A stretch of DNA of 64,000 bases from an uncultured virus (IMG/VR IMGVR_UViG_3300020183_000017). Taxonomy: Duplodnaviria; Heunggongvirae; Uroviricota; Caudoviricetes. Both the position numbers and the translations under genes were made by a program. The notes under the pieces were generated by a model. It did not search any database, was not told the DNA's origin, and was given only the letters and a program-made list of their open reading frames with translations. This document shows positions 8,443 through 15,976 of the stretch, in pieces (position 1 is the first letter of the stretch; each line of letters starts with the position of its first letter). The stretch lies in IMG/VR virus record IMGVR_UViG_3300020183_000017, one strand, 5' to 3'.

Positions 8443-9222
8443 ATGGCGAAGAGAGCACCTGCTCAGCAACATTCAGACGATATTATCCCCATTGAAAACG
8501 GAAAACGAAACGGACTTCATGCAACAAATTCAAATGCGTTAAAGATCCGCATGGATCATCTAAAAACTTTTGAGCCTCTAACAGATAATCAAAAATTATT
8601 CTTCGACGCATACAAACGTAGTGATTATTTCATAGCATTACACGGAGTAGCGGGTACAGGTAAAACATTCTGTGCGCTGTATAAAGCGATAGAAGAAGTT
8701 CTCGATAAAGCAAATCCCTTTAATAAAATTATTGTGGTTCGATCTGCAGTTCAGGGTCGAGAAATTGGACACCTTCCTGGTGATGTTGACGAAAAGATGG
8801 AAATCTATCAGCAGCCATATCGTCAGATATGTGAGACTTTGTTTGGTCGCAAAGATGCATGGGATAGGCTCGAAGAACAAGGATATATAACTTTCATTTC
8901 CACTTCGTTTATTCGTGGTATGAGTTTTGATGATGCTATTATTATTGTTGATGAGATGCAAAACTTAACCTATGAAGAGATTGACACAGTTATGACACGT
9001 GTTGGTTATCGTTCTAAGATTATCTGGTGTGGCGACTACCGTCAGACAGACCTAAATAAGAAGAAGAACGATATGTCTGGTATTCTAAAGTTTTTTGACA
9101 TAGCAATGCATATGACTTCGTTTACTAGAATTGAATTTACGCCAAATGACATCGTAAGGAGTTCTTTAGTTAAAGAATATATTTTGGCTAAATTAAAATA
9201 TGAAGATTTAATAAACAACTAG
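8443..9222 (+). CDS. phoH: PhoH-family ATPase
   Basis: GVAGTGKT, IGHLPG, FIRGMSF, VDEMQN, CGDYRQTD and DIVRS motifs. Confidence 0.95.
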   Translation: MAKRAPAQQHSDDIIPIENGKRNGLHATNSNALKIRMDHLKTFEPLTDNQKLFFDAYKRSDYFIALHGVAGTGKTFCALYKAIEEVLDKANPFNKIIVVRSAVQGREIGHLPGDVDEKMEIYQQPYRQICETLFGRKDAWDRLEEQGYITFISTSFIRGMSFDDAIIIVDEMQNLTYEEIDTVMTRVGYRSKIIWCGDYRQTDLNKKKNDMSGILKFFDIAMHMTSFTRIEFTPNDIVRSSLVKEYILAKLKYEDLINN

Positions 9223-9231
9223 GAGATAAAA

Positions 9232-9351
9232 ATGTTAGAAACTCTTTTCCTATTATTAGTTGGAGCATTCATTGGTTGGCACTTTCCAGAACCAGCGTGG
9301 GCTAGAGCTATTAGAGATAAAATTTTATCAGTAGTAAAACCAAAGTCTTAA
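9232..9351 (+). CDS. small membrane protein
   Basis: [31 protein letters not shown]... Confidence 0.6.
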   Translation: MLETLFLLLVGAFIGWHFPEPAWARAIRDKILSVVKPKS

Positions 9352-9365
9352 AGATAAAAAAAACA

Positions 9366-9689
9366 ATGATTACTATATCCGATTCTGCCGTAAAGAAAAT
9401 CAGAACGATTATTGCTGAAGAAAACCCGTCGCTGAAACTACGTGTGTTCGTGCAAGGTGGTGGTTGTTCTGGTTTTCAATATGGATTTACATTAGAAGAA
9501 CTGCCAGCAGCCGATGATGATTTTACATTTGAAAGAGATGGTGTTGAAGTTGTCGTAGATAGTATGAGTATGCAATACATGAATGAGGCAGTGATTGATT
9601 ATACAGAAGATCTGATGAGCGCATCATTTACAATCAAAAATCCTAACGTATCTGCAACTTGTGGGTGTGGTTCATCATTCACGATATGA
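9366..9689 (+). CDS. erpA: A-type iron-sulfur cluster carrier (ErpA/IscA/HesB family)
   Basis: [18 protein letters not shown] and NPN...TCGCGSSF. Confidence 0.9.
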   Translation: MITISDSAVKKIRTIIAEENPSLKLRVFVQGGGCSGFQYGFTLEELPAADDDFTFERDGVEVVVDSMSMQYMNEAVIDYTEDLMSASFTIKNPNVSATCGCGSSFTI

Positions 9690-10339
9690 AAACATTCATA
9701 CATCATGATATTCCCAAACTTGAACGTAAGACTGGACCCGATGGTTCGAGAGTTTATTCCACACCATCGGGTAAATCCTATCCAAGCGTCACATCCGTCA
9801 CAGGATTGTTTAACATCCAAGCAATCATGGAGTGGAGGAAAAGAGTCGGGGATGAGGCAGCAAACAAAATCTCAAAGCGAGCTTCAAACAGGGGAACAAG
9901 GATACATACTCTATGCGAAAAGTTTTTGCTCAATGAGGAAGTCTTACCAGATATGTTTGATCACGCCATGTGGAAGTCGATCGAACCATTGCTGGGTAGC
10001 ATAAATAATGTTCATGCACTGGAGACACCACTATATTCCGATTATCTTCAAGTTGCTGGAACCGTAGATTGTATAGCGGAGTATGAGGGTAAGATAGCAG
10101 TAATAGATTTTAAAACATCATCTCGTATTAAACAAAGAGATGATATTCATAGTTACTTTATGCAGTGCTCTGCTTACGCAGTTGCCTTTGAGGAATTGAC
10201 AGGAATTAATGTTCCTAGAATAGTAGTTATCATGGCAGTTGATGATAACGATCCTCTCGTCTTCACCGAAAAAAGAGATGCCTGGATCGATGGCTTTAAA
10301 TCTCTTAGAGAGGATTTCAGAAAATGCAAAAATTATTAA
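9686..10339 (+). CDS. PD-(D/E)XK exonuclease
   Basis: YPSVT, RGTRIH, AGTVDC, IDFKT and QCSAY motifs; ATGA overlap with erpA. Confidence 0.85.
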   Translation: MKTFIHHDIPKLERKTGPDGSRVYSTPSGKSYPSVTSVTGLFNIQAIMEWRKRVGDEAANKISKRASNRGTRIHTLCEKFLLNEEVLPDMFDHAMWKSIEPLLGSINNVHALETPLYSDYLQVAGTVDCIAEYEGKIAVIDFKTSSRIKQRDDIHSYFMQCSAYAVAFEELTGINVPRIVVIMAVDDNDPLVFTEKRDAWIDGFKSLREDFRKCKNY

Positions 10340-10629
10340 AGATGCTGGCTTTCTTGCCAGCAACAGTAGCTGCTCAAGATATTGCAACTACTGTTACATT
10401 AGATCATTTGTGTGCTGATACAAAATACACATTCGAGCAGTTAGAAAAGAAGTATGGAGAAAGACCGATTTTAAATTCTGTTATGCCAGATAATACAAAT
10501 ATGGTTATCTCTGTTTGGCATAATAATAAAACAAATACATTGACTGTTATTCAAAGTTCTTTGTATCAAAACCTTTCTTGTGTTCTTGGTATAGGTGAGA
10601 ATACAAAATTGATGTTTAAGTATGACTAA
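10324..10629 (+). CDS. putative secreted protein
   Basis: Signal-peptide-like N-terminus (..ATVAA|QD) and two Cys. Confidence 0.6.
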   Translation: MQKLLKMLAFLPATVAAQDIATTVTLDHLCADTKYTFEQLEKKYGERPILNSVMPDNTNMVISVWHNNKTNTLTVIQSSLYQNLSCVLGIGENTKLMFKYD

Positions 10630-10632
10630 GAA

Positions 10633-10970
10633 TTGCTGTAATCCCTTCAAAACGAAGGACTTCTGGACGGGAGTTCGATTCTCCCCACCTCCACCAGAAG
10701 TATATTGGAAGTTGTTCTAGCACAGCGTTGGTTATAACCAAACTTGCTTCCCAACGTAACGAGACTGCCGTGTCTGCAGCGGTCCAATATATTTCTGATG
10801 GGGGTGACTAGGTTTCGACAGGGGTAGATAGTGAAGAAGGCAGCACGGTAGGCGATGACCGTAAATCAAGCAAATCAAGTAAACGCAAACGATGAAGTTT
10901 ACGCTCTAGCAGCTTAATCTGTTAGATGAGGTTTCTCCGACTGTCCTTATCACCCAATCAGTCGGAACTT
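10633..10970 (+). ncRNA. ssrA: circularly permuted (two-piece) tmRNA, tag ANDEVYALAA
   Basis: The acceptor piece (T-arm GGGAG-TTCGATT-CTCCC, CACCTCC-A-CCA ending 10696) precedes the 5' piece GGGGGTG...TTCGAC starting 10800; G3:U70 pair; tag reading frame 10885-10917; outer boundaries approximate. Confidence 0.92.
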
Positions 10971-10985
10971 TCATTTGAGGATTAA

Positions 10986-11495
10986 ATGAGAACATCATTA
11001 CTTTGTAATGGACCGAGCAGAGTTGTCTTTCAAGATAGAGCAGAGTATAATTACATTATGGGATGTAATATACCATGGGCTAATGTTAATGGCACAACAA
11101 TCGTTGATGTTGGTGTAGTGCGTAATTTTGCAACTCTTAATTATAAAGAATGTGATCTTTTCTTAACACTAAAATGTTACCATGTTCTTTGTGGGTTTAA
11201 ACATAATAATGTAAAAATAGTTGATAAATTAAAATGCAAAATTATTGACAAACAAAAACCCTTCTTTAGTTCTGGTCATATGGCTGCTTTAGAACTAATT
11301 AAAATGGGTTCCACTACTATAGATATCTATGGTTGTGATTCTTACTTTGATGATGTAATAGATAGTTTTACTTGGCGATATGTTCCATCTTATGCGAATG
11401 ATAAACATAAAGCAAAACAGCTTATTGAGTGGCGCAAAAATTGGGCTTCTATAAAAGATGAATTTAATGTAGAAATGAATTTTATAAAAGCCTAA
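10986..11495 (+). CDS. DUF115/MAF_flag10- or sialyltransferase-like protein
   Basis: LLCNGPS and SSGHMAALELIKMG..IDIYGCD motifs. Confidence 0.55.
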   Translation: MRTSLLCNGPSRVVFQDRAEYNYIMGCNIPWANVNGTTIVDVGVVRNFATLNYKECDLFLTLKCYHVLCGFKHNNVKIVDKLKCKIIDKQKPFFSSGHMAALELIKMGSTTIDIYGCDSYFDDVIDSFTWRYVPSYANDKHKAKQLIEWRKNWASIKDEFNVEMNFIKA

Positions 11496-11498
11496 ATA
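11491..11498 (+). promoter_or_regulatory. T4-type late promoter variant
   Basis: CCTAAATA upstream of a structured leader. Confidence 0.5.
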
Positions 11499-11566
11499 AA
11501 TGATACAGCGGGTTGCTAGATCCCAATAAAACTAGCATTACACAAACACAACACAAAGGAGTAATT

Positions 11567-11845
11567 ATGTCAAACATGAGTCCGTTCGAGATTCGCCTAG
11601 AACTTTTAAAAATGGCGAAAGATATGCTAACCGAAGATTATTATGGTAAGCGTGAAGTTGTTAGTAACGACTGGCAGATAAAGATTGAATCTGCTCGTCT
11701 CAATGGTGGAGCGGTTCCTGAACATCCAGGATTTCCTCCATATCCAACTGAAACCGAAATTATTGCAAAAGCGCAACAATTAAATGGTTTCGTAAGTCAA
11801 ATCCCTCAAGATACAACTAAGACTACTACTAAGAAGTCCACCTGA
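11567..11845 (+). CDS. conserved hypothetical T4-like phage protein
   Basis: AAGGAG SD; MSPFEIRLELLKMAKDML. Confidence 0.75.
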   Translation: MSNMSPFEIRLELLKMAKDMLTEDYYGKREVVSNDWQIKIESARLNGGAVPEHPGFPPYPTETEIIAKAQQLNGFVSQIPQDTTKTTTKKST

Positions 11846-11854
11846 TATGGGATC

Positions 11855-11880
11855 GGAGAGTGTGTTCACGCACACTCTCT
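11855..11880 (+). terminator. stem-loop (terminator or processing site)
   Basis: GAGAGTGTG/CACACTCTC inverted repeat with no clear U-tract. Confidence 0.45.
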
Positions 11881-11902
11881 CTAACTAATTAAGGAGATTA
11901 AA

Positions 11903-12577
11903 TTGGTGTTAAAAAACAATTTAACGATACTGTCCATTACTGCACTAGTAATATGTGTAATGGTTCTGTCAACATTCATTGCGGTTAGCAAATTAAAAGT
12001 TCCGCAGATTAGAGTTTCATACTCTCAATTAAGTCAGTATGCAAAACAAGAAGTAAAGTGCCTAGCTGATAACATATACTTTGAATCTGGTCATGAGCCA
12101 GAAGATGGAAGAATTGCTGTTGCAATGGTAACTATGAATAGAGTCACAAGTAATAATTATTCAGATACAGTTTGTGGAGTTGTCAAAGAAAAGATCAACT
12201 CTACTTGTCAATTTTCTTGGTGGTGTCAAGAAAGAGAAAGAACAAAAGCAATAAGCGGATACTTGACTTTAGTGAACGATCCAGTGTATAATAGGGCAAT
12301 GGATATCGCTATTATGGTGTACTTGAATTACGGTAATTTGCATGATCCTTCTAAGGGTGCTTTGTTTTATCATGCTGATTATGTAAGTCCTGCTTGGAGA
12401 AACCTAAAAGTTTCAACAAAAATCGGAAGACATATTTTTTATGTCCCAACTGAAAAGTTTAAGAAAGGTGATGTATCAAATGGCTCATATGATGAAGAAA
12501 TTAAATTTAGAACTCTCTACGGGGAACGATCAGGAGAGAGCACAGCATTCTTTCTTCTTGCTGATGGACGAAATTAG
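11903..12577 (+). CDS. SleB-like cell wall hydrolase (Hydrolase_2) with an N-terminal membrane anchor
   Basis: CLADNIYFES, VAMVTMNRV, CQFSW, GALFYHA and IGRHIFY motifs; TTG start with AAGGAG. Confidence 0.9.
   Translation: MVLKNNLTILSITALVICVMVLSTFIAVSKLKVPQIRVSYSQLSQYAKQEVKCLADNIYFESGHEPEDGRIAVAMVTMNRVTSNNYSDTVCGVVKEKINSTCQFSWWCQERERTKAISGYLTLVNDPVYNRAMDIAIMVYLNYGNLHDPSKGALFYHADYVSPAWRNLKVSTKIGRHIFYVPTEKFKKGDVSNGSYDEEIKFRTLYGERSGESTAFFLLADGRN
12263..12292 (+). promoter_or_regulatory. internal sigma70-type promoter upstream of clpP
   Basis: TTGACT-18 nt-TATAAT with the same TTGMCTTTA context as the other early promoters. Confidence 0.55.
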
Positions 12578-13058
12578 TATTCCGACAATTAAACCAGCAG
12601 TTGAGTGGATACTTGAAACAAACTTTTCGGAGCAAACACCTGACTTAATGAATCTTATTATTACGTCTCCAGGTGGAGATCTTAACGCAGCGTTCTCTTT
12701 AATTGATGTTATGCGTGGCTCATCGATTCCAATTAGAACAATTGGTCTTGGTCAGATTGCTTCTGCTGGTTTATTAATTTTTATTGCAGGTAAAAAGGGT
12801 CAACGTATACTAACACCGAATACTTCTATACTTTCCCATCAATATACATGGGGTTCATTCGGTAAAGAGCATGAACTTATGGCTCAAGTAAAAGAATTTG
12901 ACCTTATAACACATAGACTTATGTCTCACTATAAGAAATGCACTGGGTTGAAAGAGGATGTTATCAGAAAATATCTGTTACCACCTCAAGATGTATGGCT
13001 GAGTTCTGACGAAGCACTTGAACTCAAAATTTGTGATGTTGTTAAAGATCTAAAATAG
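12480..13058 (+). CDS. clpP: ClpP-family protease
   Basis: ITSPGG, catalytic Ser in IASAG, His in SHQ, Asp in QDVWLSSDEAL; AAGGTG SD before ATG 12480. Confidence 0.9.
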   Translation: MAHMMKKLNLELSTGNDQERAQHSFFLLMDEISIPTIKPAVEWILETNFSEQTPDLMNLIITSPGGDLNAAFSLIDVMRGSSIPIRTIGLGQIASAGLLIFIAGKKGQRILTPNTSILSHQYTWGSFGKEHELMAQVKEFDLITHRLMSHYKKCTGLKEDVIRKYLLPPQDVWLSSDEALELKICDVVKDLK

Positions 13059-13066
13059 GAGATTTT

Positions 13067-13330
13067 ATGGATAAAATTAATATTGAAGGTATGACTTGGA
13101 TCGTTTCAATCACTCTAATGGTGATGTGTTTTATTCTAAGTCTTTCTTACTATAACTTAAAGCAAGATGAACTCATGTCAAAGAACATTGAGACTGCTGT
13201 TGATAGAGGAATTGATCCTTTGGCAGTTCGTTGTTCGTATTCTTCACGTGATGATATGATCTGCATAGTTTATGCAGCTTCTGGCAGGTCTGCCCCGACT
13301 CAGCCAGCTGCCCTTGCCCAGAAAAAATAA
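13067..13330 (+). CDS. membrane-anchored hypothetical protein
   Basis: AGGAG SD and an N-terminal transmembrane segment. Confidence 0.7.
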   Translation: MDKINIEGMTWIVSITLMVMCFILSLSYYNLKQDELMSKNIETAVDRGIDPLAVRCSYSSRDDMICIVYAASGRSAPTQPAALAQKK

Positions 13331-13357
13331 TAAAAAGTTAACAAAAACGCCAAAAAA

Positions 13358-13476
13358 TGACCCTACAGACCGTAGGGTTATCCCCTGAAACCCCTAAAAG
13401 TCGCGCAAGTCATTGATTTTTAAGAGTTTTTTACTTAAAAAAAGTGCTTGCCTTTAATTCAGACTCCATGTATAAT
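13358..13476 (+). promoter_or_regulatory. early promoter module: palindrome, IHF-consensus site, sigma70 promoter
   Basis: TGACCCTAC/GTAGGGTTA; 13406-13418 reverse-complements to AATCAA-TGAC-TTG; TTGCCT-17 nt-TATAAT. Confidence 0.7.
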
Positions 13477-13502
13477 TACTCTATAGTTGAAAAGGAGATG
13501 AA

Positions 13503-13739
13503 ATGACTGAATTTGAGAAAAACTGCTACGGTATGTCCGCTGAAGATATCCGTGAGCAATACATGAATTCCTTGACCGCAAGGTTGTCTGGTCTTGAGAT
13601 GGTTGCGATGGGGGTTTTGTCCGATGCGCAAGAACTTATGACCTTTGGTCATGATCAAGCGACTGACCAAGCTCGCAAGAACATCAATATTGCGAAGTTT
13701 ATTTTGTCTGAAATGATGGATTCTAGAGAGGTTGTATAA
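13503..13739 (+). CDS. hypothetical early protein
   Basis: AAGGAG SD; first gene after the promoter. Confidence 0.75.
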   Translation: MTEFEKNCYGMSAEDIREQYMNSLTARLSGLEMVAMGVLSDAQELMTFGHDQATDQARKNINIAKFILSEMMDSREVV

Positions 13740-13741
13740 TT

Positions 13742-14113
13742 ATGTTGAAATCATGGGAAGAAATGTCTCTGAAAGAGCAACTCGAGTGTATGGTTTGGGA
13801 TGCGTACAAGGATGCCTATGGTGTTCGTCCTCGCTTCATGAATCTGGAAGCGATGACAGTTGAAGAACTCAAGTTTGAACTTGAGTCGTGCTCTAAGGTT
13901 GCTGAGCAGAACTACATTCGCGAACAAGAAGAGCAAAAAATCGCTATCGCGAAGTTTGAGGATCGTATTGACAACCTTATGCACGATGGCACCTCTCGTT
14001 CTCGTGTGGTTGCGTGGTTTATGCAGGCTGAAGAGGTTAACAGCGATTTCGAGTACTTTGAATACCTCAACGGTCTTCCCTATGGTTATCTTAAACAGAT
14101 GGAGTATGTATAA
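13742..14113 (+). CDS. hypothetical protein
   Basis: 123 aa containing a WDAYKDAYGVRPR motif. Confidence 0.75.
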   Translation: MLKSWEEMSLKEQLECMVWDAYKDAYGVRPRFMNLEAMTVEELKFELESCSKVAEQNYIREQEEQKIAIAKFEDRIDNLMHDGTSRSRVVAWFMQAEEVNSDFEYFEYLNGLPYGYLKQMEYV

Positions 14114-14265
14114 TGTGGAATGATTACACCGATGTTGAACTAATTGGTCTTGCAATTTGCTATGCTATTGCATTTCCTATCAACTCAGAAACTGGTAGAT
14201 TGCAAAATCGTGCTGAGTTGGAGGCTGCGCTTACCAACTATGAATATGAAACATATTTCGCTTGA
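14113..14265 (+). CDS. small hypothetical protein
   Basis: TAATG overlap, GGAG SD, 50 aa. Confidence 0.55.
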   Translation: MWNDYTDVELIGLAICYAIAFPINSETGRLQNRAELEAALTNYEYETYFA

Positions 14266-14290
14266 CTTTAATTCATGAAAGTGGTATAAT
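14262..14290 (+). promoter_or_regulatory. sigma70-type promoter with extended -10
   Basis: TTGACT-17 nt-TATAAT preceded by TGG. Confidence 0.75.
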
Positions 14291-14296
14291 TATACT

Positions 14297-14635
14297 ATGA
14301 CTATAATTTATACATCCTTTAAAAAGCGCAAACCTAAGAAGCCGACTGCTAAACAACGTGAGTTGCAAGCTGAGTGGGAAAAACTTCTTAGTCGTCATCA
14401 GTCTAAACCTGTCCCAAAAGGTACGACAATGTATGAAACACCAAAGCCATTAATTCGCGAGACACCGCATTACCCAAGTCTCAACTCTGGTCTCGGTAAT
14501 GCCACTAAACCTATTCATCATGAAAAAGTTTACACTGGTACTGCTATGAGGGGTATCGGTACTATGCATAAGTCTAATGCTGTTCCTATCTTTTCTGATG
14601 ATGCAGCTATTGACATTGCTAAAATGCGCAGGTAA
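14297..14635 (+). CDS. basic conserved hypothetical protein
   Basis: C-terminal YTG...MHKSNAVPIF motif. Confidence 0.75.
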   Translation: MTIIYTSFKKRKPKKPTAKQRELQAEWEKLLSRHQSKPVPKGTTMYETPKPLIRETPHYPSLNSGLGNATKPIHHEKVYTGTAMRGIGTMHKSNAVPIFSDDAAIDIAKMRR

Positions 14636-14659
14636 AATATAGTTAACAGGAGAAATGAA

Positions 14660-14935
14660 ATGACTCGTTTTGAAATTGAAAATAAAATGCTTGAACTTGC
14701 TATGGCATCAGATGTTTCTGGTCTGACTAAACTTCTGACCGACCTGAAGACTCAGCGTCGTAAAATGGATGCTTGGTTTGATAAATACCTTGATCAATTT
14801 GATTCGAAGATGACTAAGTCAGCATCTGATAGTCCTCTTTGGAAAATGTATAACAAGAAGTTTACAGAGTATCAAGATCTAGAAGCAAGCATCAGACGTG
14901 TTAACTACTACAAAGAAAAATATGCAAATGTTTGA
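14660..14935 (+). CDS. hypothetical protein
   Basis: AGGAG SD, 91 aa. Confidence 0.7.
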   Translation: MTRFEIENKMLELAMASDVSGLTKLLTDLKTQRRKMDAWFDKYLDQFDSKMTKSASDSPLWKMYNKKFTEYQDLEASIRRVNYYKEKYANV

Positions 14936-15146
14936 AGACTCAAACTCTTTCTCTACCTACATTGAAAAGATGGTCAGGGAAAGAAAGGATTTAACTCATA
15001 TGGAAGCAGTTCTAGAGTACTGTAAAATTAACTTCATCGATCCAGCTGATATTAAAAAGCTGATCAACAAATCGTTGAAGGAAAAAATTCAGATTGATTT
15101 TGAAAACGACGGATATTTACCCAAGTCAGCAACCTTAGACGTATAA
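14928..15146 (+). CDS. 33: late transcription coactivator gp33
   Basis: FSTYIE...MEAVLEYC...LINKSLKEKI pattern; 33-59-32 synteny. Confidence 0.8.
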   Translation: MFEDSNSFSTYIEKMVRERKDLTHMEAVLEYCKINFIDPADIKKLINKSLKEKIQIDFENDGYLPKSATLDV

Positions 15147-15148
15147 TT

Positions 15149-15775
15149 ATGGATGGTTTTAAAGCATATCGCTACTACATAGCGACTAAGCTACATTTTA
15201 CATCTGATAAGTTTGATGTTTTCTTGAATCCCAATGTAAAAGGAAGCAGAGATGCATTTATTTCTAGAAATGATCGTTATATTTTTGAAAAACTTGCTAA
15301 AAGGTTCTCAAAAGACGCTGATCTCATACAGTTTTATGTTGCCAACTTTGCTTACGGCAATGATGCCGTCGTTTATAGTAGTTCTGAGTCTGATACCAAC
15401 TACCTAGTCTGGCAAAAACGCAAACAATCCCTTTCCCACGTTGTTGAGAACGACCTGTTCTCTATAATCCTTCATCTAGAGAAGGAAAAGAAGGAAGCAA
15501 CTACCATTTTTAAGTTTAACGATGAAACTTTTCCTGAACTTTTCAAACTTTATCTCGGTCAGCATGTTACAATCGAAACAATGGTCGTGCTTAATCAATT
15601 CTTGCCTTATATTTCTTCTTGGAAAGACCATGCAAACTTGCTATGGGAGGAAGAATGCCGTAGAATAGAAAAGTGTAAGGGATTCGTTAAATTCGATTAC
15701 CAAAAAATGTTACCTATAATACAAAACTTCACTGGAGAACTAAAAGAGTTACAAAATGGGACGCACATTTCGTAG
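15149..15775 (+). CDS. 59: helicase loader gp59
   Basis: GFKAYRYYIATKLHFT, FEKLA and ITIETMV-like motifs; synteny. Confidence 0.85.
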   Translation: MDGFKAYRYYIATKLHFTSDKFDVFLNPNVKGSRDAFISRNDRYIFEKLAKRFSKDADLIQFYVANFAYGNDAVVYSSSESDTNYLVWQKRKQSLSHVVENDLFSIILHLEKEKKEATTIFKFNDETFPELFKLYLGQHVTIETMVVLNQFLPYISSWKDHANLLWEEECRRIEKCKGFVKFDYQKMLPIIQNFTGELKELQNGTHIS

Positions 15776-15965
15776 AGAGAAGAGTTGGGATGAGGCGACT
15801 AGTCGTGCCAACAAAAATGCTTCTAAAAAAGTTAATACTCGTGGTATGAGAGTACTAAATAGTATCGTAGAAGATGATGAAGACTTTGATTATGAAGACT
15901 TTGAGTTTGATTCCTCATCTGATACGAATACAACAAAACAACATACTGTAAAACATACGACATAA
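15756..15965 (+). CDS. small hypothetical protein
   Basis: 69 aa, basic then acidic; overlaps the late promoter and leader of gp32. Confidence 0.5.
   Translation: MGRTFRREKSWDEATSRANKNASKKVNTRGMRVLNSIVEDDEDFDYEDFEFDSSSDTNTTKQHTVKHTT
15854..15861 (+). promoter_or_regulatory. late promoter variant upstream of gene 32
   Basis: ACTAAATA. Confidence 0.5.
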
Positions 15966-15976
15966 AGGAAATACAT

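Noticed and set aside
10660..10696. Stand-alone tRNA or attP-like tRNA fragment
   Set aside because: No D or anticodon arms upstream, and it is fully explained as the tmRNA acceptor piece; no integrase was seen
10697..10799. HDV-like (theta) ribozyme 3' of the tmRNA CCA
   Set aside because: I could not fit the P1-P2-P3-L3-P1.1-P4-J4/2 order; the partner of the first strand lies at the far end of the segment, next to the tmRNA 5' end
11508..11538. preQ1-I riboswitch
   Set aside because: The similarity is superficial (GGUU.CUAG, A-tract, CUAG); the loop segment with the ligand-pairing C is missing and the downstream gene is not a queuosine gene
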